A stretch of DNA of 64,000 nt from Oikopleura dioica (lineage: Eukaryota > Animalia > Chordata), in NCBI GenBank assembly GCA_907165135.1, contig OU015569.1, positions 11,532,001-11,596,000 of the forward strand, given 5' to 3'. The notes under the pieces are model-generated. The model made no database searches and was not told where the DNA came from. It saw only the letters and a program-made list of their open reading frames with translations. Shown here piece after piece: positions 47,775 to 64,000 of this stretch; the stretch's first letter is position 1, and the number at the start of each line of letters is the position of its first letter. A program made the translations under genes and the position numbers.

Positions 47775-49723
47775 ATGGCGAGTCGGCCTGGTCGCTCAGC
47801 TTTCTCGTATCTCCTCACATATTTTTGGTGCGTTAGATTCTCTTCCATCTCTTTTTAACAATTTCTCCCAAGGGTGATGTGGGTAGTCATACTCTTCGCA
47901 GTTGTCTACTTCTTCGAGCTGCACACGAAAATGCTTCAATTTCTCCAACAACTGCCCGATCTCTTTCAAAATCTTTCTCCTAAATTTTACGTCGCTCTCA
48001 CTGGAACCTCCTCCTTTCTATCAGGTACTTATCAATCTAACACGCCTTTGTACCGTAGCTTTAGGGTTAATACTCGTCTTCGAGTGGTGGTACTTCAAAA
48101 GAAACGGTCAAAGCTTCATCGAGCAAATGAGTTTAAATCATCTTGGGCCTCTGATAAATCCAGATCCAAGCGATCCCCTTGGCTCTTGCGAAAAGGTAAG
48201 CAAGAATTCTCTCTTCATTTCAGTACTCTTTCAAGCCCGGCTTCGAGTGCAAAGTGTGGCAAAATCCAATGAATCTGCTGCGCGGCGCCGAGTACGAGCG
48301 CTACTACTCGGCCACGAAGAAACAAGCACTAACATTCTACGATCTCAACCTCTCCGCCCAAGACCACCAGACATTCTTCACTTGCGACTCGGACAAGGAC
48401 CGCAAAGCCGATAGCATCATGACCGGCGCCTGGAGGGAGCGCTACGTCAAGGCCAGAATCGAAGCTGCTCAAAGCGCGCTGCAAATTGAACCGGACAATC
48501 CATCAGGTACACTTTTATTTTGGAAAGGCGCGAATCAACTCGTGAAATTCAGCACTGATCCTCCTGGGCGAAGAAAAAGCATCGACAGTGGCAGAAGCCG
48601 AGAGTTACTTCCAGAGTGCGCTGGTCGCCGCCGAAGCCCGCCACAAAAAGACCCTGCAAAGTTATAATCAGAGCAACGGACGATGCTGCGAGCTTGAACT
48701 CAAACGAGACCACACAGTTTTAATTTACGTCAAACGACGCCTGGCGATGTGCTGGCGCAAACTTGGCCGAGTCAAAGAAGCGGCGAAAGTGTTCAAAGAA
48801 CTCACCAAAGAGCCGCCAAATGTGAACTGGTTGAATGCGTCGCTCGGGGAAAACCTAATAGAGTGCTATCTTGAGCTGGGGGACTATGCCAACGCGCAGG
48901 TTAGAATTGATACCTTCTCTTCAATTTTTACATAATTTAAGGCTACACTGGCTCGTTACGACGACATCAATCTTCCAAAAAGTGCAACGATTTGTTACAC
49001 AGCCGCTCTCCTAAAAGCCCGTTCTGTTTCTCAAAATTTCTCTGCCGAAGTAGCGGGAAGACGGGGGCCAACATCGCAAGAGTTCCACGCAATGGACGCC
49101 ATCCACAGAGCAGTCGAGTTTAATCCACACGTGCCCAAGTATCTCCTCGAGCAAAAGAGCCTCATTCTCCCACCAGAGCACATTCTCAAACGAGGGGACT
49201 CGGAAGCCGTCGCGTACGCCTTCCATCACCTACAGCACTGGAAAAGGATAGACGGAGCGTTAAACTTACTTCACTCCACTTGGGAAGGAACATTCAAAAT
49301 GATCCCCGTAAGATCCTTTTTTCGATTCCCCAGCACCAATTTCTTCTTATTTTAGTATCCGTTGGAGAAGGGCCATCTTTTCTACCCGTATCCTCAGTCG
49401 ACAGAAGTGCACGATCGCGATTTGCTGCCCGATTTTCATCCGATCTCTGTTTACCCAAAGAAGGATCTGCCATTTTTCATCATTTTTACGGCGGTTTTAT
49501 TCAGTATAACAGCCGCTTTAGCACTCTTCACGCATCTGGTAAGCAAGTTGATTGCTTCATTCATTCACGGATTCATTTTCAGTACCCCGATCTCGTCAAA
49601 AGCTCAGTGACGGAGTTGATTACGATGATCGGGACGCCGTTCAGGTGGCTGACGGAGAAGATCGGGCACTGGTTCACTTTCCTACTCCACGGCGGCCATT
49701 CTGTAAGCTCGACGCAACTGTAG
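47775..49723 (+). CDS. ST7: Suppression of tumorigenicity 7 / ST7-like
   Basis: [68 protein letters not shown] and [20 protein letters not shown]. Confidence 0.95.
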
Positions 49724-50656
49724 TGAAGAGAGACTGTAGACAACTGTAGAAAACGTGAAACAAACACAACAACTACTGTAAAGGTGCGCTCCTGCTGTGT
49801 GTCTCTCCGCCTCTCCCTGTAAAATTGACTAAATTAACTATTACTATTTTACCAATACATGTAAAGCGACAAAAAGGAACAAAAAACACGCCCCAAACAC
49901 ACAACGATAAAATGATCCAGAAATAATTCCATTCCAAAAAGAAACCAAAGTTCGTCCAAAATTTTCTCGTTCTCAGACTGTTCAATTTTTTCACATATTT
50001 CTTTCGCTGGAACGCAATTTCGGACATTTCATTTCATCCTTATATTTTTTGGAGTGGTTAATGCTTGGAAACCCTTATTTTTTAATTATCATTTATCATC
50101 GTTAAAATCCTCACTTTCATCATCATCTTACTATTCTATTTTTACTGCTACAGAATAAATAACGGTAACGGAGGTAGAAAACCCCTAAAATTCTCAATTC
50201 AGAATAAAATCTAGTTTAGCTTTTTTTCTTTCAAATTCCTCACAAATGAGTTTTGAGCTTCTCAGTGTTAGTAAATTCCTACCAAATGAAGTCAGAAAAC
50301 GCTTCTGGTTTCAACTTAAAATCCAGTCTCGTGGTCTTATTTCTCGAGAAACTACTGTAACATACTCGCGAGTCTCTTGTAGATATTCATATGTATAATC
50401 ATCGTTATACATAACCATTGTTACAGTTACAAATTACAGGTAGTCACCTCTAATGCAAAAAATGAAAAATCGCTTCGTTTATTCTCAACAGCCCTCTTGC
50501 TCGTGTATTTTTACTCTTTTCGTATTTACCTACTGTAGCTGCTGTCTAATGAATCAGACAAAAAGACGTTGTAATAAAAGAAGAGCTTGAAAGCTTGAGC
50601 TTTTTAATTTTCGGTCATTCTATAAACCTTTGGCAATTAAGACTGGGTCGGTAACT

Positions 50657-53600
50657 ATGCCCGGGTTGGCCTCGGAGCCGCTGGGCCACCAGGGCAGCGA
50701 GCCTGGGCCGCCAAAGCCCCAGAATGGCCCGCCAAGTGGACTTGGGAACATGAGTTTTCCGCTCACCATGCTCGTGGAAAGCACAATCCACAAGGCGTAC
50801 GGAGAGCTATCTAATCTGGCCGAGCTTCTGCAGGGAAAAGAAGACATGCACAGGTTCGTTTCTTCTGCTTTTTAGAATATCTTGCTAACTACTTCGTTAA
50901 GGAAAATGGAAATCATCAGTTTCGTGATTCGGACGAGGCGGTCCTTCGTTCGTTTGATCGCGCTGGTAAAATGGGCGCAGCAAGTCAATAAAACTTCCAC
51001 GTGCATGGACATCGTCGACTTTATGGACAACCAGTCGGGCATGTTTACTGACACTGCGGATCGACTGTACAGCCTGGCGCACGATTTCCTGCGCCACGCG
51101 CGTCTCCCCACCTTCGCCGTCCCCACTGCCATCGACGTGTTGACGACAGGCTCGTATCCCGACCTGCCTAGAGCGATCAAAGACCGCTACGTTCCGCAAG
51201 AGCCACTGAGCGAGGAGAACCGCGCGGAGACGATCACGCGCCTCAATCAAGTGATCAAGTGTCGCCTGGTCCAGTGCGAGCTGCCCGCCCAAATCACCGA
51301 CTTCCAGATCGCGAAAGGAATCGTTTCTTTCGAAGTGCCAAACGAGTTCAAAGTCGACTTGACGATACGCGGCGACTCGGCGGAGACGCCCTGGACCCTC
51401 CTCCGCGTACAGATATTCGTCGAAGACTGCACCTCCAACGACGATAGAAATCTGGTGCACTACGAGCATCTGCAATTCATCCACAGTCTCTGCCAGTCGC
51501 GATTGTACAAGAACGAAAAGCCTATCTGCGACCTGTACAGCTGCTTGCACTCCTTTTGCTCGAGTCTGCAGTTGGAAGTCCTTGCCGCCCAGACCAACAA
51601 GCTCATCAACCACAAATGGAAACAATACATCGTCATCGAAAAGTACGAGGAAGGATCGAAACTGGTGATTTCTTACTGGAAGGATCAGGACAAAGACTAC
51701 ACGATCACGATCCAAGTGAACGAGCGGGACTCTTCCGACGTTCTGGAAATAATCCACAATCCAACACTTTCTTCCTGCTCGATCAAAGAAGTAATGCAGG
51801 CTTCAAACGTCGACCACATAAATATCGAGCGTCTTCTGATGGACACGATCCAGTGCCGAACTCGCGCGAGACTAGAAAAGTTAGAATATCAGCTCAGAAG
51901 AAGAGTAGAAGTCCCAGTTAATCCGATTGTTACTGAAGATGGAACGAGGCTGATTGTTCCGCTTCTAGTCCCCGGCGAAGTGTCAGAACGCCTGGATGTT
52001 TCGATCGATCCGCAAACTGGCGAGCTGATGCCACTGCTCCCCGGCGCCGCGGAAAAAGACCTCGACGAGTTGATTGAAACCTTTCAACGCAATCACGAGA
52101 ATCTCTCCGACGTGATTAACACGCTTCGTTACACGCTCGCCAAAGCACGCTGCGTGCGCGCTGCTTCTGCACACTTGGTCGCGCCCGTCGAGCGCCTTCG
52201 ACTACTGCCAGACTCGCAACAACTGCTCGATGCTTTCCCCCACTATCAACTGTTCAAATTCTCGCGCTACGTTACGTACTTCCTCCTCGTCGAGCTGTAC
52301 GACGATCCGGAACACCACGGCCGCATCTGCCGCCAGTATCACATGCTCAACATTCACCTCGCCGACGTCAAGGAGGATCTCTACGACATCAACTGCCATG
52401 TAACTCTGAACTCAAACCCGTTGGATCAATTCTCCGAGTTCCAGATCGGGCTAAAACGCGCCCGCGACATGCAACAACCCGAGTGGATGGACGCCGACGC
52501 TGAGCTCTCCCACGTGATCGCCATGTGCGATTTGCGCATCCCCTTCGTCACGCTCTCCGACACACTGCGCGAGGCCGGAATCGCGTACACTGGCATCCTT
52601 GACAAGTCGATTTCATCGACCTATGAAATCCGCTTGCTTGAGTTTCCTTTTCCTCCGGATGCCGATCTGCCAACAGTAGCTCAACAGTCGCTGAGGGACG
52701 CTTTCTTATCGCTGACATTCCGCCTGTCTTGTGTCAAGGACACGCGAGCAGTGACAGCGGTGCGGCCAAACATTATGTTTTGGATGGTGGAGGTGCTTTT
52801 GGAAGCGAATCCAGCCATCGTCGCCGCCCTTGCGAGTAGTAACGCAAATGGCCAAACAGTAGCTCACTCGGTCGAGAACAACTGCGTCCGCATCAATTTT
52901 ACGTTTGAATCGAAGCACTCGCAGGACTTGGCGGAGAGTATGCAGAAAATGGACCCGCTGGCGATGTTCACTCAAGAATGGGCTCTGGTTGTTCATCTTC
53001 ATGATATGGCACTGCAGCTTACTGATCCTCATGAAACGGCTTCTATTCAAGGGTACGCCACTTCTAGCGTCGATTTCTTGCTATAAATCTTCTTTCAGAC
53101 AATATCAGCTAACCGAGTACGACTACAAACGAATCGTTATCGGCTACGGCGAACAAAATACACATGGTCAATTTAGCTCACTTTGCGTAGTGCAATGGAT
53201 CGAAAAGGAAGACCAAAACGGACAAAAATACCACTTGTGAAAGCTCGTTTCGGCGAAGTGGGAAATAACTTCGCCGCTAATCCTCATTCAATAGCGCAAA
53301 TGCAAGTTGAGGCAAATTTGAATCAGGAACGGGGCTCTTGAACTCGCCTGAAATGAAACCCTATCTTTATCGAGCCTTGAAAAGTCGAGAAATTTAGTAG
53401 AAACGATTTCGCAAATCGTCCGCGGTTACAAACTTGTGCGGCTTCTCGGAACACTGTCGGTCGCGTGCGTCGTTGGTGTAATTCCAGAGCCTGGCCGGGC
53501 CCGAAACATTCAAGCAGCTCGGCAGGCGTTTACTGTTCTCTGTCAGTCGCCGTGTCATTATAGGCTGCTCTACCGCGGACAGTACTGTATTGAGTTCTTG

Positions 53601-55043
53601 ATGGTGGACAACGAGACTGTGCTCGTGCGAGACGCCTCCCTCAGCAAGTTCTCCAACACGAAGCTTCTGTCTAATTGGCATCCGATCACCGGGCTATTGG
53701 CGTTGTTCTCCGCCTTTGGCAGTCCTGTCCAGCCTATCATTGGAGAGCAGTTTCTCTCTACTGACCACGATTTTGAGGCGAAAACGCTTCCCGAAGGCGT
53801 CGTCTGGGCTTCGAACAATGGCGGCCTCTTCAACATCGAAATCGTGAAGCAGGTCTTTGCTTCGAGGCCCGTCTCATTGGGCAATGGTAAGAGGCAATCT
53901 ACGCTTATTAGTTAGTTTAACGTTTTCCTTTCTAGTGCTTGGTGCGGGCGTGGACGACCAATTCAGTGTATCCCCTCTAGAAGAATATCTAGCCGCCGTC
54001 TACTTGTTTGATTTCACGAGAGCTCACGTCAAGCACGAAACGCTCAAGCAAAACCCTCAAATAAAGGTACAAGCTTCTCTTTCTCCCAGCTTTAATTTCT
54101 TTCGAAGATTCATCGATCGCCCGACGCAACATTCCGTTTCAACACCCAGTTTATTTCCTTCGTCTTATCAATCAACGTCAAAATGAGAAAATTAGACCTC
54201 CAATGCATGCCACTGAATGAGCAAGTTCAACCCTTTCTTCAACAATCAGACCTAGTTGTTTTGTCAACGTACTTTATGAAGAAAGTTGCTGGACCGCCAT
54301 TCAGGTAATTTATTTTTCCGTGAAAGTTTCTCGTTACTTAAATTTTAGAACAAACGCTGTCAAGTCATTCATCGCCATAATTTCTGAGCCGATTTCACTT
54401 CTAAAGGTAACTTTCTTAAAGGTTATCAGGAGGCAGAACCCTAACCCTAACTGGTCTCCGGAGAATGACCCCCTTACAGATTGCCAACTAATCACTCTGA
54501 TTCAGGACTGTATAAATATATTTAACCGCGAGGTCGGCCACAGCCAGTTCATGACGAATGACATGCGTCCTGTTATGACCATGTGCCTTACAGTGCCTCC
54601 TTCACCGCTGAATGTTCCTCTTGCCATTGGCCATCAAGCTGGTAATAGCCTTACTACTGTTCTAAGCCCTACGAGTGTGTTTTCTAGTGCTGAAGTTGAC
54701 GCAAAACAACCAAGTGATAACTCTGTTCTTTATCCAGTTCCACTCAAGTTCCAACACCATCACTGTTCCCATCAAGTGCGTGCACGAGCAGAACAACAGC
54801 ATCCGCCCCGAGCTCTACCAGAACTTCATCAACCAAAACAACCAAGAGTATCTCCCCTACGCGCGCCACTTGCAGACAATCAACAACTATTTGCAGCAAC
54901 TACCACCTCAGGTTTATTTTAAGTTTTTGTCAAATAATAACCAAATTATTTTTCAGAGATTCCAGAATCAAACAGGCGGCAATTGCTCATTCTTCCTCGC
55001 TCTCAAGAACGTCATGGACAACTATCAGATGAGCCCCAGCTAG
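50657..55043 (+). CDS. MED14: Mediator subunit 14 (apparent frameshift at ~53234-53240)
   Basis: RKMEIISFVIRTRRSFVRLIALVKW, ARLPTFAVPTAIDVLTTGSYPDLP, FEVPNEFKVDLT, KVAGPPF and CLTVPP. Confidence 0.93.
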
Positions 55044-55285
55044 TAGCCTCTGATAAAGAAGAAACTATACGCACCTTCCTTCTGACCAAACTAAATCCCC
55101 AAACAACAACAAAAACACTGCTCTGTTCACTGCTTCTATTCCAATGCCAGAAAACGTAAAGAAAACCGAATCAACGGACTCTCGACTTGTTCGAAATTCT
55201 ATTTCGCTCCCTTTTTTAAAGTTGATTGACTCTAGAATGGGCGAGAATTCGACGTAGTGTTTTCAACTGGCAACTTTGAACTTGA

Positions 55286-58102
55286 ATGGGTCTGAAAACA
55301 CTGACGAAATGGATCGCCCTGGCCCTGCGGAACGAGTGGTTTTATCTCTTCCTGATGGGGACGACGATGGCGATCCTCAGTTTCGGAATCGACTTCTTGA
55401 TCGAGAACCTCCAAGAAGTGCATTACATCATGTACGCTTCCAATAGCCACAGCTACGTTGCCTCGCTTTTTGTGTGGCTTCTTTTCGCCAGTGTTCTCGT
55501 TTTTGCTGCTGTGCTCGTTACCAAGGTATATCATCAGCAATTGATCCTCAGAATTCGAATTTCGAACATTTTTCTTCAGACGATCGCTCCAAAAGCGTCT
55601 GGAAGCGGTATTCCCGAAATGAAGACTATTCTACGCAGTCCTGGATTGCACAAAGAATTCGTCACCTGGAAAGTACTCGTGGCCAAGTTGCTCGGTCTCG
55701 TCATGGCGCTGGGCTCAAGAATGCCGATCGGCAAAGAAGGGCCATTCATTCACGTCGCTTCTATCGTCGCGATTTTGTTTTGCAAAGTTCAAAATTTCAT
55801 TCTTCGAAAACGCACTGAAGACGCGCGAATGACAGAACTTCTTAGGTACAAAATTGAATACCTGAAATGAGCTTCACTTTGAATTCTAGCGCAGCATGTG
55901 CTATCGGTGTCAGTTGCTGCTTTGGTGCTCCCATTGGCGGCGTGTTATTCTCGATCGAAGTCACCTCGACTTACTTTGCTGTTCGTGACTACTGGCGTGC
56001 CTTCTTTGGATCAGTCATGTCAGCCCTCGTCTTTCGTATTTTAGCAGTCTTCTGGAAAGACGAAGAAACGCTTACTGCCCTTTTCCGAACAAACTTCCGC
56101 GTTGATTTTCCCTTCGATCCGCAAGAAATCATCGCTTTCGTCGTCATCGGCGTTGTTTCTGGCCTCGCAGCTGCCAATTTCGTTGCATTCCACAAGTATT
56201 TGAACAAAAAAATTCCGCTCATCTTCAAGTCCGACACGCAGCGACAGATGATTTATCCCGTTCTTGTGGCTGCTGTTTATTCGATAATGACCTTCCCAGG
56301 TAATTTTTGGACTTGAAAAAAGAGCTATATTCAAAATTAGGCGGGCTCGGCCGAGTAATCGCCGGTGAATTGACGGATAAGCAGGCAATCATGATGCTTT
56401 TCGACAACGCGACTTGGTCGAATCCAGACACGACGGCATTCATCGACGAACGTCAATTCCTGGCTGAAGGCGAGCTCGAGCGACTCAACGAAAGCTCCAT
56501 TCCAGTAAGCGAAGTGGAAGCGTTTGGTTGGGACAGAGCGACGGGAAAGCCGACCGGAGCGAATTTGTACGTTTCTTTGACGCTCTTTATCGTCGTGCAG
56601 TATCTCGCTGCGGCGGTGGCGCAGACAGTTGCATATCCTTGCGGCGTGTTTATGCCAGTGTTCATGATTGGTGCCGCTTTTGGTCGACTGGTCGGCGAGT
56701 CTATGTTCGCTTGGTTTCCAATGGGCTTCAAGGGACAATTAGTGATTCCTGGAGGATACGCAGTCGTTGGCGCAGCAGCCTTCGCTGGTGGCGTCACTCA
56801 TACAAGTAATCTACTCATAAATAGCCTCAAACTAGAGATTTTTTTCAGTTTCAACATCCGTCATCGTGTTCGAACTGACTGGGCAAATCAGCCACTGCCT
56901 GCCCGTGTTACTGGCAGTTCTCGTTTCGAATGCTATCGCTCAGTACTTTGCTCCCTCTTTTTACGACTCTATAATCGTGCAGAAGAAACTCCCGCACCTG
57001 CCTGATTTGAGATCCTATCAGGTTGTACCAAGCAACCTTTCTTGCTTTTTCTTACTCACAATTTATAGAACTACAATACGTGCGTGGAAAACTTCATGAA
57101 ACGGGATGTTGCGGCTATTCACGCGCTTGCTGATGCAACTCAGATCCGAGAAATACTTGGCCGGTACAAGTATTCCGTCTTTCCGCTAATCGACTCTGTT
57201 TCGAACAAAGTCCTCTTGGGAAGTATCACGCGAGCAGAGCTCAGCCACTCGGTCGAAATGAGCATGCCCAGGTAAAGACTCTTTACCAGGGGTGGATATT
57301 TTGATTTCAAACTTCATTTCAAACCCCGAAATTCCCGTTCTCGACCAATCAGGATGGCCAAATTGGGGTTGAAATGAGGAGTTGAAATCAAAATATCCCC
57401 CCTGCTCTTTACTAAAGAGTACATTTCTTAATTTCGTTAAAAAGAGGTGAAAATCACTAAAATTCCTCTTGCCTTAGCGGTTAATTTTTTAAACTGAAGA
57501 GAAATCGTTCACGATTTTTGCAAAAATAAAAAATAGCGATTCCTAGATTTTTTTAGATTAAAGCGCTCAACGGTAAAACCTGAAATTTTGTCCGTTGAAA
57601 ATTTTTAAAGACTTCAACCTTTTAGAACCACGAAAAGAAACTCTCTTTTCACTGAAAAAGTTTTCAGGCCTTTGGATTCGGCGACTGTGAACGCGGCCCC
57701 GGCGATGATAACGGAAAAGACGTCTCTGCACCGAGTTCATACGATGTTTTCGTTGCTCAACATGAAACGAGCCTGGGTTGTCAATGGCGGACGATTGGTG
57801 GGCATCGTCACGACGACGGAGCTTTCTGAAGGTGAGGCAAAAGCTAGCCAAGGCAGGAAAAGTGAGCATTTTGTTCAGAGATCGTTGGCACGGCGAGGAA
57901 GTTCAACTTGGACCAGCGCGCGCGCTCGAACTCGTCGATTGCCAGCGAAGATCTCGAGCACCGACTGATCGAGTCTGAAGACGACGGCGAGGATTCCTTC
58001 GACGACCAAGTGCACTTCGATCGCTCCTCGTTTAATTTTAACCAAAGGTCTCTTTCAGCTTCAAAATCGACTAGAAACAACAGCTACCTCAAATATAAAT
58101 AA
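55286..58102 (+). CDS. CLCN2: ClC-1/ClC-2-type chloride channel with CBS domains; 3' end approximate
   Basis: [23 protein letters not shown] (Val at the proton-glutamate site, the channel type), GVFMP, SFYDSI and two CBS repeats. Confidence 0.9.
57287..57403. mobile_element. hAT-type MITE in a ClC intron
   Basis: Perfect 8-bp TSD CTCTTTAC (57279-57286 and 57404-57411). TIRs CAGGGGTGGATATTTTGATTTCAA / TTGAAATCAAAATATCCCCCTG. Confidence 0.9.
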
Positions 58103-58463
58103 AGAACCAATACTAACAACTCTTCTATAGCCACAATTATACCAGAACGAACCTATGAACCTACTCCTTGCTCCTCTGAACATTCTTCTGTACTCAAAAA
58201 TGACAAATAACGCTCTTCAAAAAAGAAACAAATCATGACTTTAGTTGTTTTATTTTTGTATTATAAACTGCTTTTTTCTGTGACTCTGGCCAGATAACTC
58301 TCTTTTGCTTCCGCGAGTAGACTGATAAACTTGCAATTCCCTATTTTCTGTAACTTTCAAGAACTGCAACAACTCCGATTTCAATAATCAGCAGCAACGA
58401 AAAACGAATAAATTTATTTATTAAAAGCAGCCTTTTCTGATTTCATTTCCATTTAGTATAAAA

Positions 58464-60241
58464 ATGGTAGAGATCCACGAGCTCAATATGGAAGGCGAGC
58501 AGTTCAGAGGCGCCAAGACCGCTCACCTTCCAGAACAACGACAGATCAATTACGAAGTGCGACTGAAAAACAACCCGAAATACGAGGTGGCGGAAGTGGA
58601 AGAGAGTCTGCGCAGTATCTTCGAATTGTTCGACGACGGAATCAAAAGCTTGATTCCCAAACAGGACAAGGACAAGATCGTGCAGGCGATTAGCGAGATT
58701 ATGGACGAAATAGAAACGAAAGAGCTGATGGAGGCGATGAACGTCGTGGAAGAGTGCGTGGCGGAGGTGATCATCTGCGAAGAAAGCCTCAAGTATAGTG
58801 CGCTACCAAACGCGGTTCTTGGCAAGTTCTATTTGTTCAACATGGACAAAGCCGAGGGGGAAGAAGAGCACATCGACGAGGAAGGAGGTAACTAGCCCGG
58901 ATTAATTCCTCGCTTATTATTTTAAATTGAAGACGGGGAAATCGCCGCCTGCCAAACGTGGATGTTGCCAAACAAGGCCTTTTACGGACTGTGGGAGTCG
59001 CTGCACTACTCCTCCTCGCTCAAGAGCGATCTCATCCAATACGCGGAAACATCCTTTCGGCTCTCGCAGCTCGGAGTCAGCAACACGCTCATCAGCTGGA
59101 ACAAAGTGATCCTCTTCCATGGCCCTCCGGGCACTGGAAAGACTTCAATCGCTCAGGTACAAACTTATTGGAGCTCGAGAAAAGAACGGTTCTTCAGGCA
59201 TTTGCTCAAAAATTAGCGATTCGACAAATAGGCGGATATCAAAACACGGCACTTGTGGAGATCAACTCGCATTCTCTCTTCTCGAAGTGGTTTTCAGAGT
59301 CAGGCAAACTCGTTCAGAAGATGTTTGCTAAAATAAGAGATTACGCTGGTAAGTTGGCGATGTCAGCGGTGACGGCTTTTCCATCAAGACCAAACTAACT
59401 TTTTAAGATGACCAGTCGGTTATGACGATCATCCTCATTGACGAAGTTGAGAGCTTGACTTCCGCCAGATCTGGGTCCGCAAACGAGCCAGCCGACGCCG
59501 TAAGAGTAGTCAACGCCGTTCTCACGCAGCTTGATTCGTTGAAAAAGTACCCGAACGTGCTCGTTGTTTGCACTTCGAACATCACTGGCAAAATTGATCT
59601 GGCATTCATCGATCGCGCCGACATGAAGATTTTCGTTGGACCACCAGAGCCGAAAGCCATCTACACGATCCTAGAGTCTTCGATCCATGAGTTGTTCCAC
59701 AAGGGCATGATTACAGGCAAATACTCCTTGCGATCGGAAGGATACGACCTACCAAAGTAAGAGCGCGTTTGATGTTAATGAAGCTTTCAAATTAAATAGT
59801 TGTAATCATGGTGAAACCTCATAATAATCGAGAAGCCGCTCGCGGCTTCGAGAAAGTTTAACAATAGACCCGCATGGTGCGGCTTGTTTTCCCTAGTTAT
59901 CCATTTTTGTAATGTTACAACGTCTTTTCAACAGTTCTAATTTCAAACTGTGAACTAAATGGTATTTTTAAGTCCATCTGCATGCGAGAGAAGTCTCATC
60001 GCAATTGCTGACAATGCTCAAGGCATCAGCGGTCGTACTCTTCGAAAGATACCCTTCTTGGCCTTGATGAAGTACTGCGCTGGAGCTCAGCAGGTCACCC
60101 TTGACAACTATCTCAACGCGGTCGAGAAAGCCATCGAGAGCGACAAAGTTGAGAGGAAGCACCTTTCTGGTAATAGAAAATCTATATTCTCTTAAATTTT
60201 AACATTCTGATTTAGACGAAAACATAAAGATGGAAGCGTAA
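58464..60241 (+). CDS. TRIP13: Pachytene checkpoint AAA+ ATPase TRIP13/Pch2
   Basis: WMLPNKAFYGLWESL, WNKVILFHGPPGTGKTS, EINSHSLFSKWFSESGKLV, LIDEVESLT, DAVRVVNAVLTQLD and SGRTLRKIPFLA. Confidence 0.96.
59826..59886. repeat. Hairpin repeat family B in a TRIP13 intron
   Basis: AATCGAGAAGCCGCTCGCGGCTTCGAG plus a second hairpin. Confidence 0.75.
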
Positions 60242-60374
60242 CCGATCACTACCCTCACTTTTACTTTTCACATTCCTTTTTCATCTTTTTTTATCTCACA
60301 ACTGCCACTTACCGACAAGTTCACGAATAAATATTATTTATTAAAAGCAGCTTTTTAACTCAGGTCTTCTGTAG

Positions 60375-63995
<3,621 letters not shown>

Positions 63996-64000
63996 AGTCA

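Noticed and set aside
50897-51757. Long antisense ORFs opposite real genes (e.g. 50897-51757, 25001-25687, 38050-38571, 35818-36327, 3045-3347)
   Set aside because: They are shadows of codon-biased or low-complexity coding exons on the other strand, with no independent motifs or splice signals.
54437-54451. AACCCTAACCCTAAC telomere-like repeat in a MED14 intron
   Set aside because: Only 2.5 units; expected by chance.
58464-58895. 143-aa ORF as a separate gene upstream of the AAA ATPase
   Set aside because: It splices in phase (GT ~58890, AG ~58933) to DGEIAACQTWMLP and is TRIP13 exon 1.

Overview
Eukaryotic (animal) genomic DNA from a very compact genome. Introns are mostly 35-200 nt, genes are tightly packed on the same strand with a 3' splice acceptor a few nt before the ATG, and some introns have GC or GA donors. 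This pattern fits a larvacean tunicate such as Oikopleura (inference only). From ~22 kb to the end the window is ordinary housekeeping territory: PI4KA, WDR45, a PHF20-like multi-Tudor protein, RPL6-like, COX5A, ST7, MED14, a ClC channel, TRIP13 and PRPF40A, with several small MITE families. The first 22 kb is heavily rearranged. It holds a ~3.7 kb tandem duplication (truncated cyclophilin plus an acidic prothymosin-like gene), AMP deaminase, tRNA-Ser(CGA), and a duplication/inversion mosaic. The mosaic contains two RasGEF1 copies, a 638-codon kinase-less PI4KA fragment, a CAP-domain fragment, and a Mutator-like foldback element whose empty sites are also in the window. The best candidate for something new is a three-copy ~340-nt unit: degenerate tRNA head (A and B boxes), then a 60-75 codon ORF, an A-rich tail, and the first oligo-T terminator. 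Its ORF stays open in all copies while its 3' part varies much more than the flanks. All gene models were built by eye; family calls rest on recalled motifs, not database searches.
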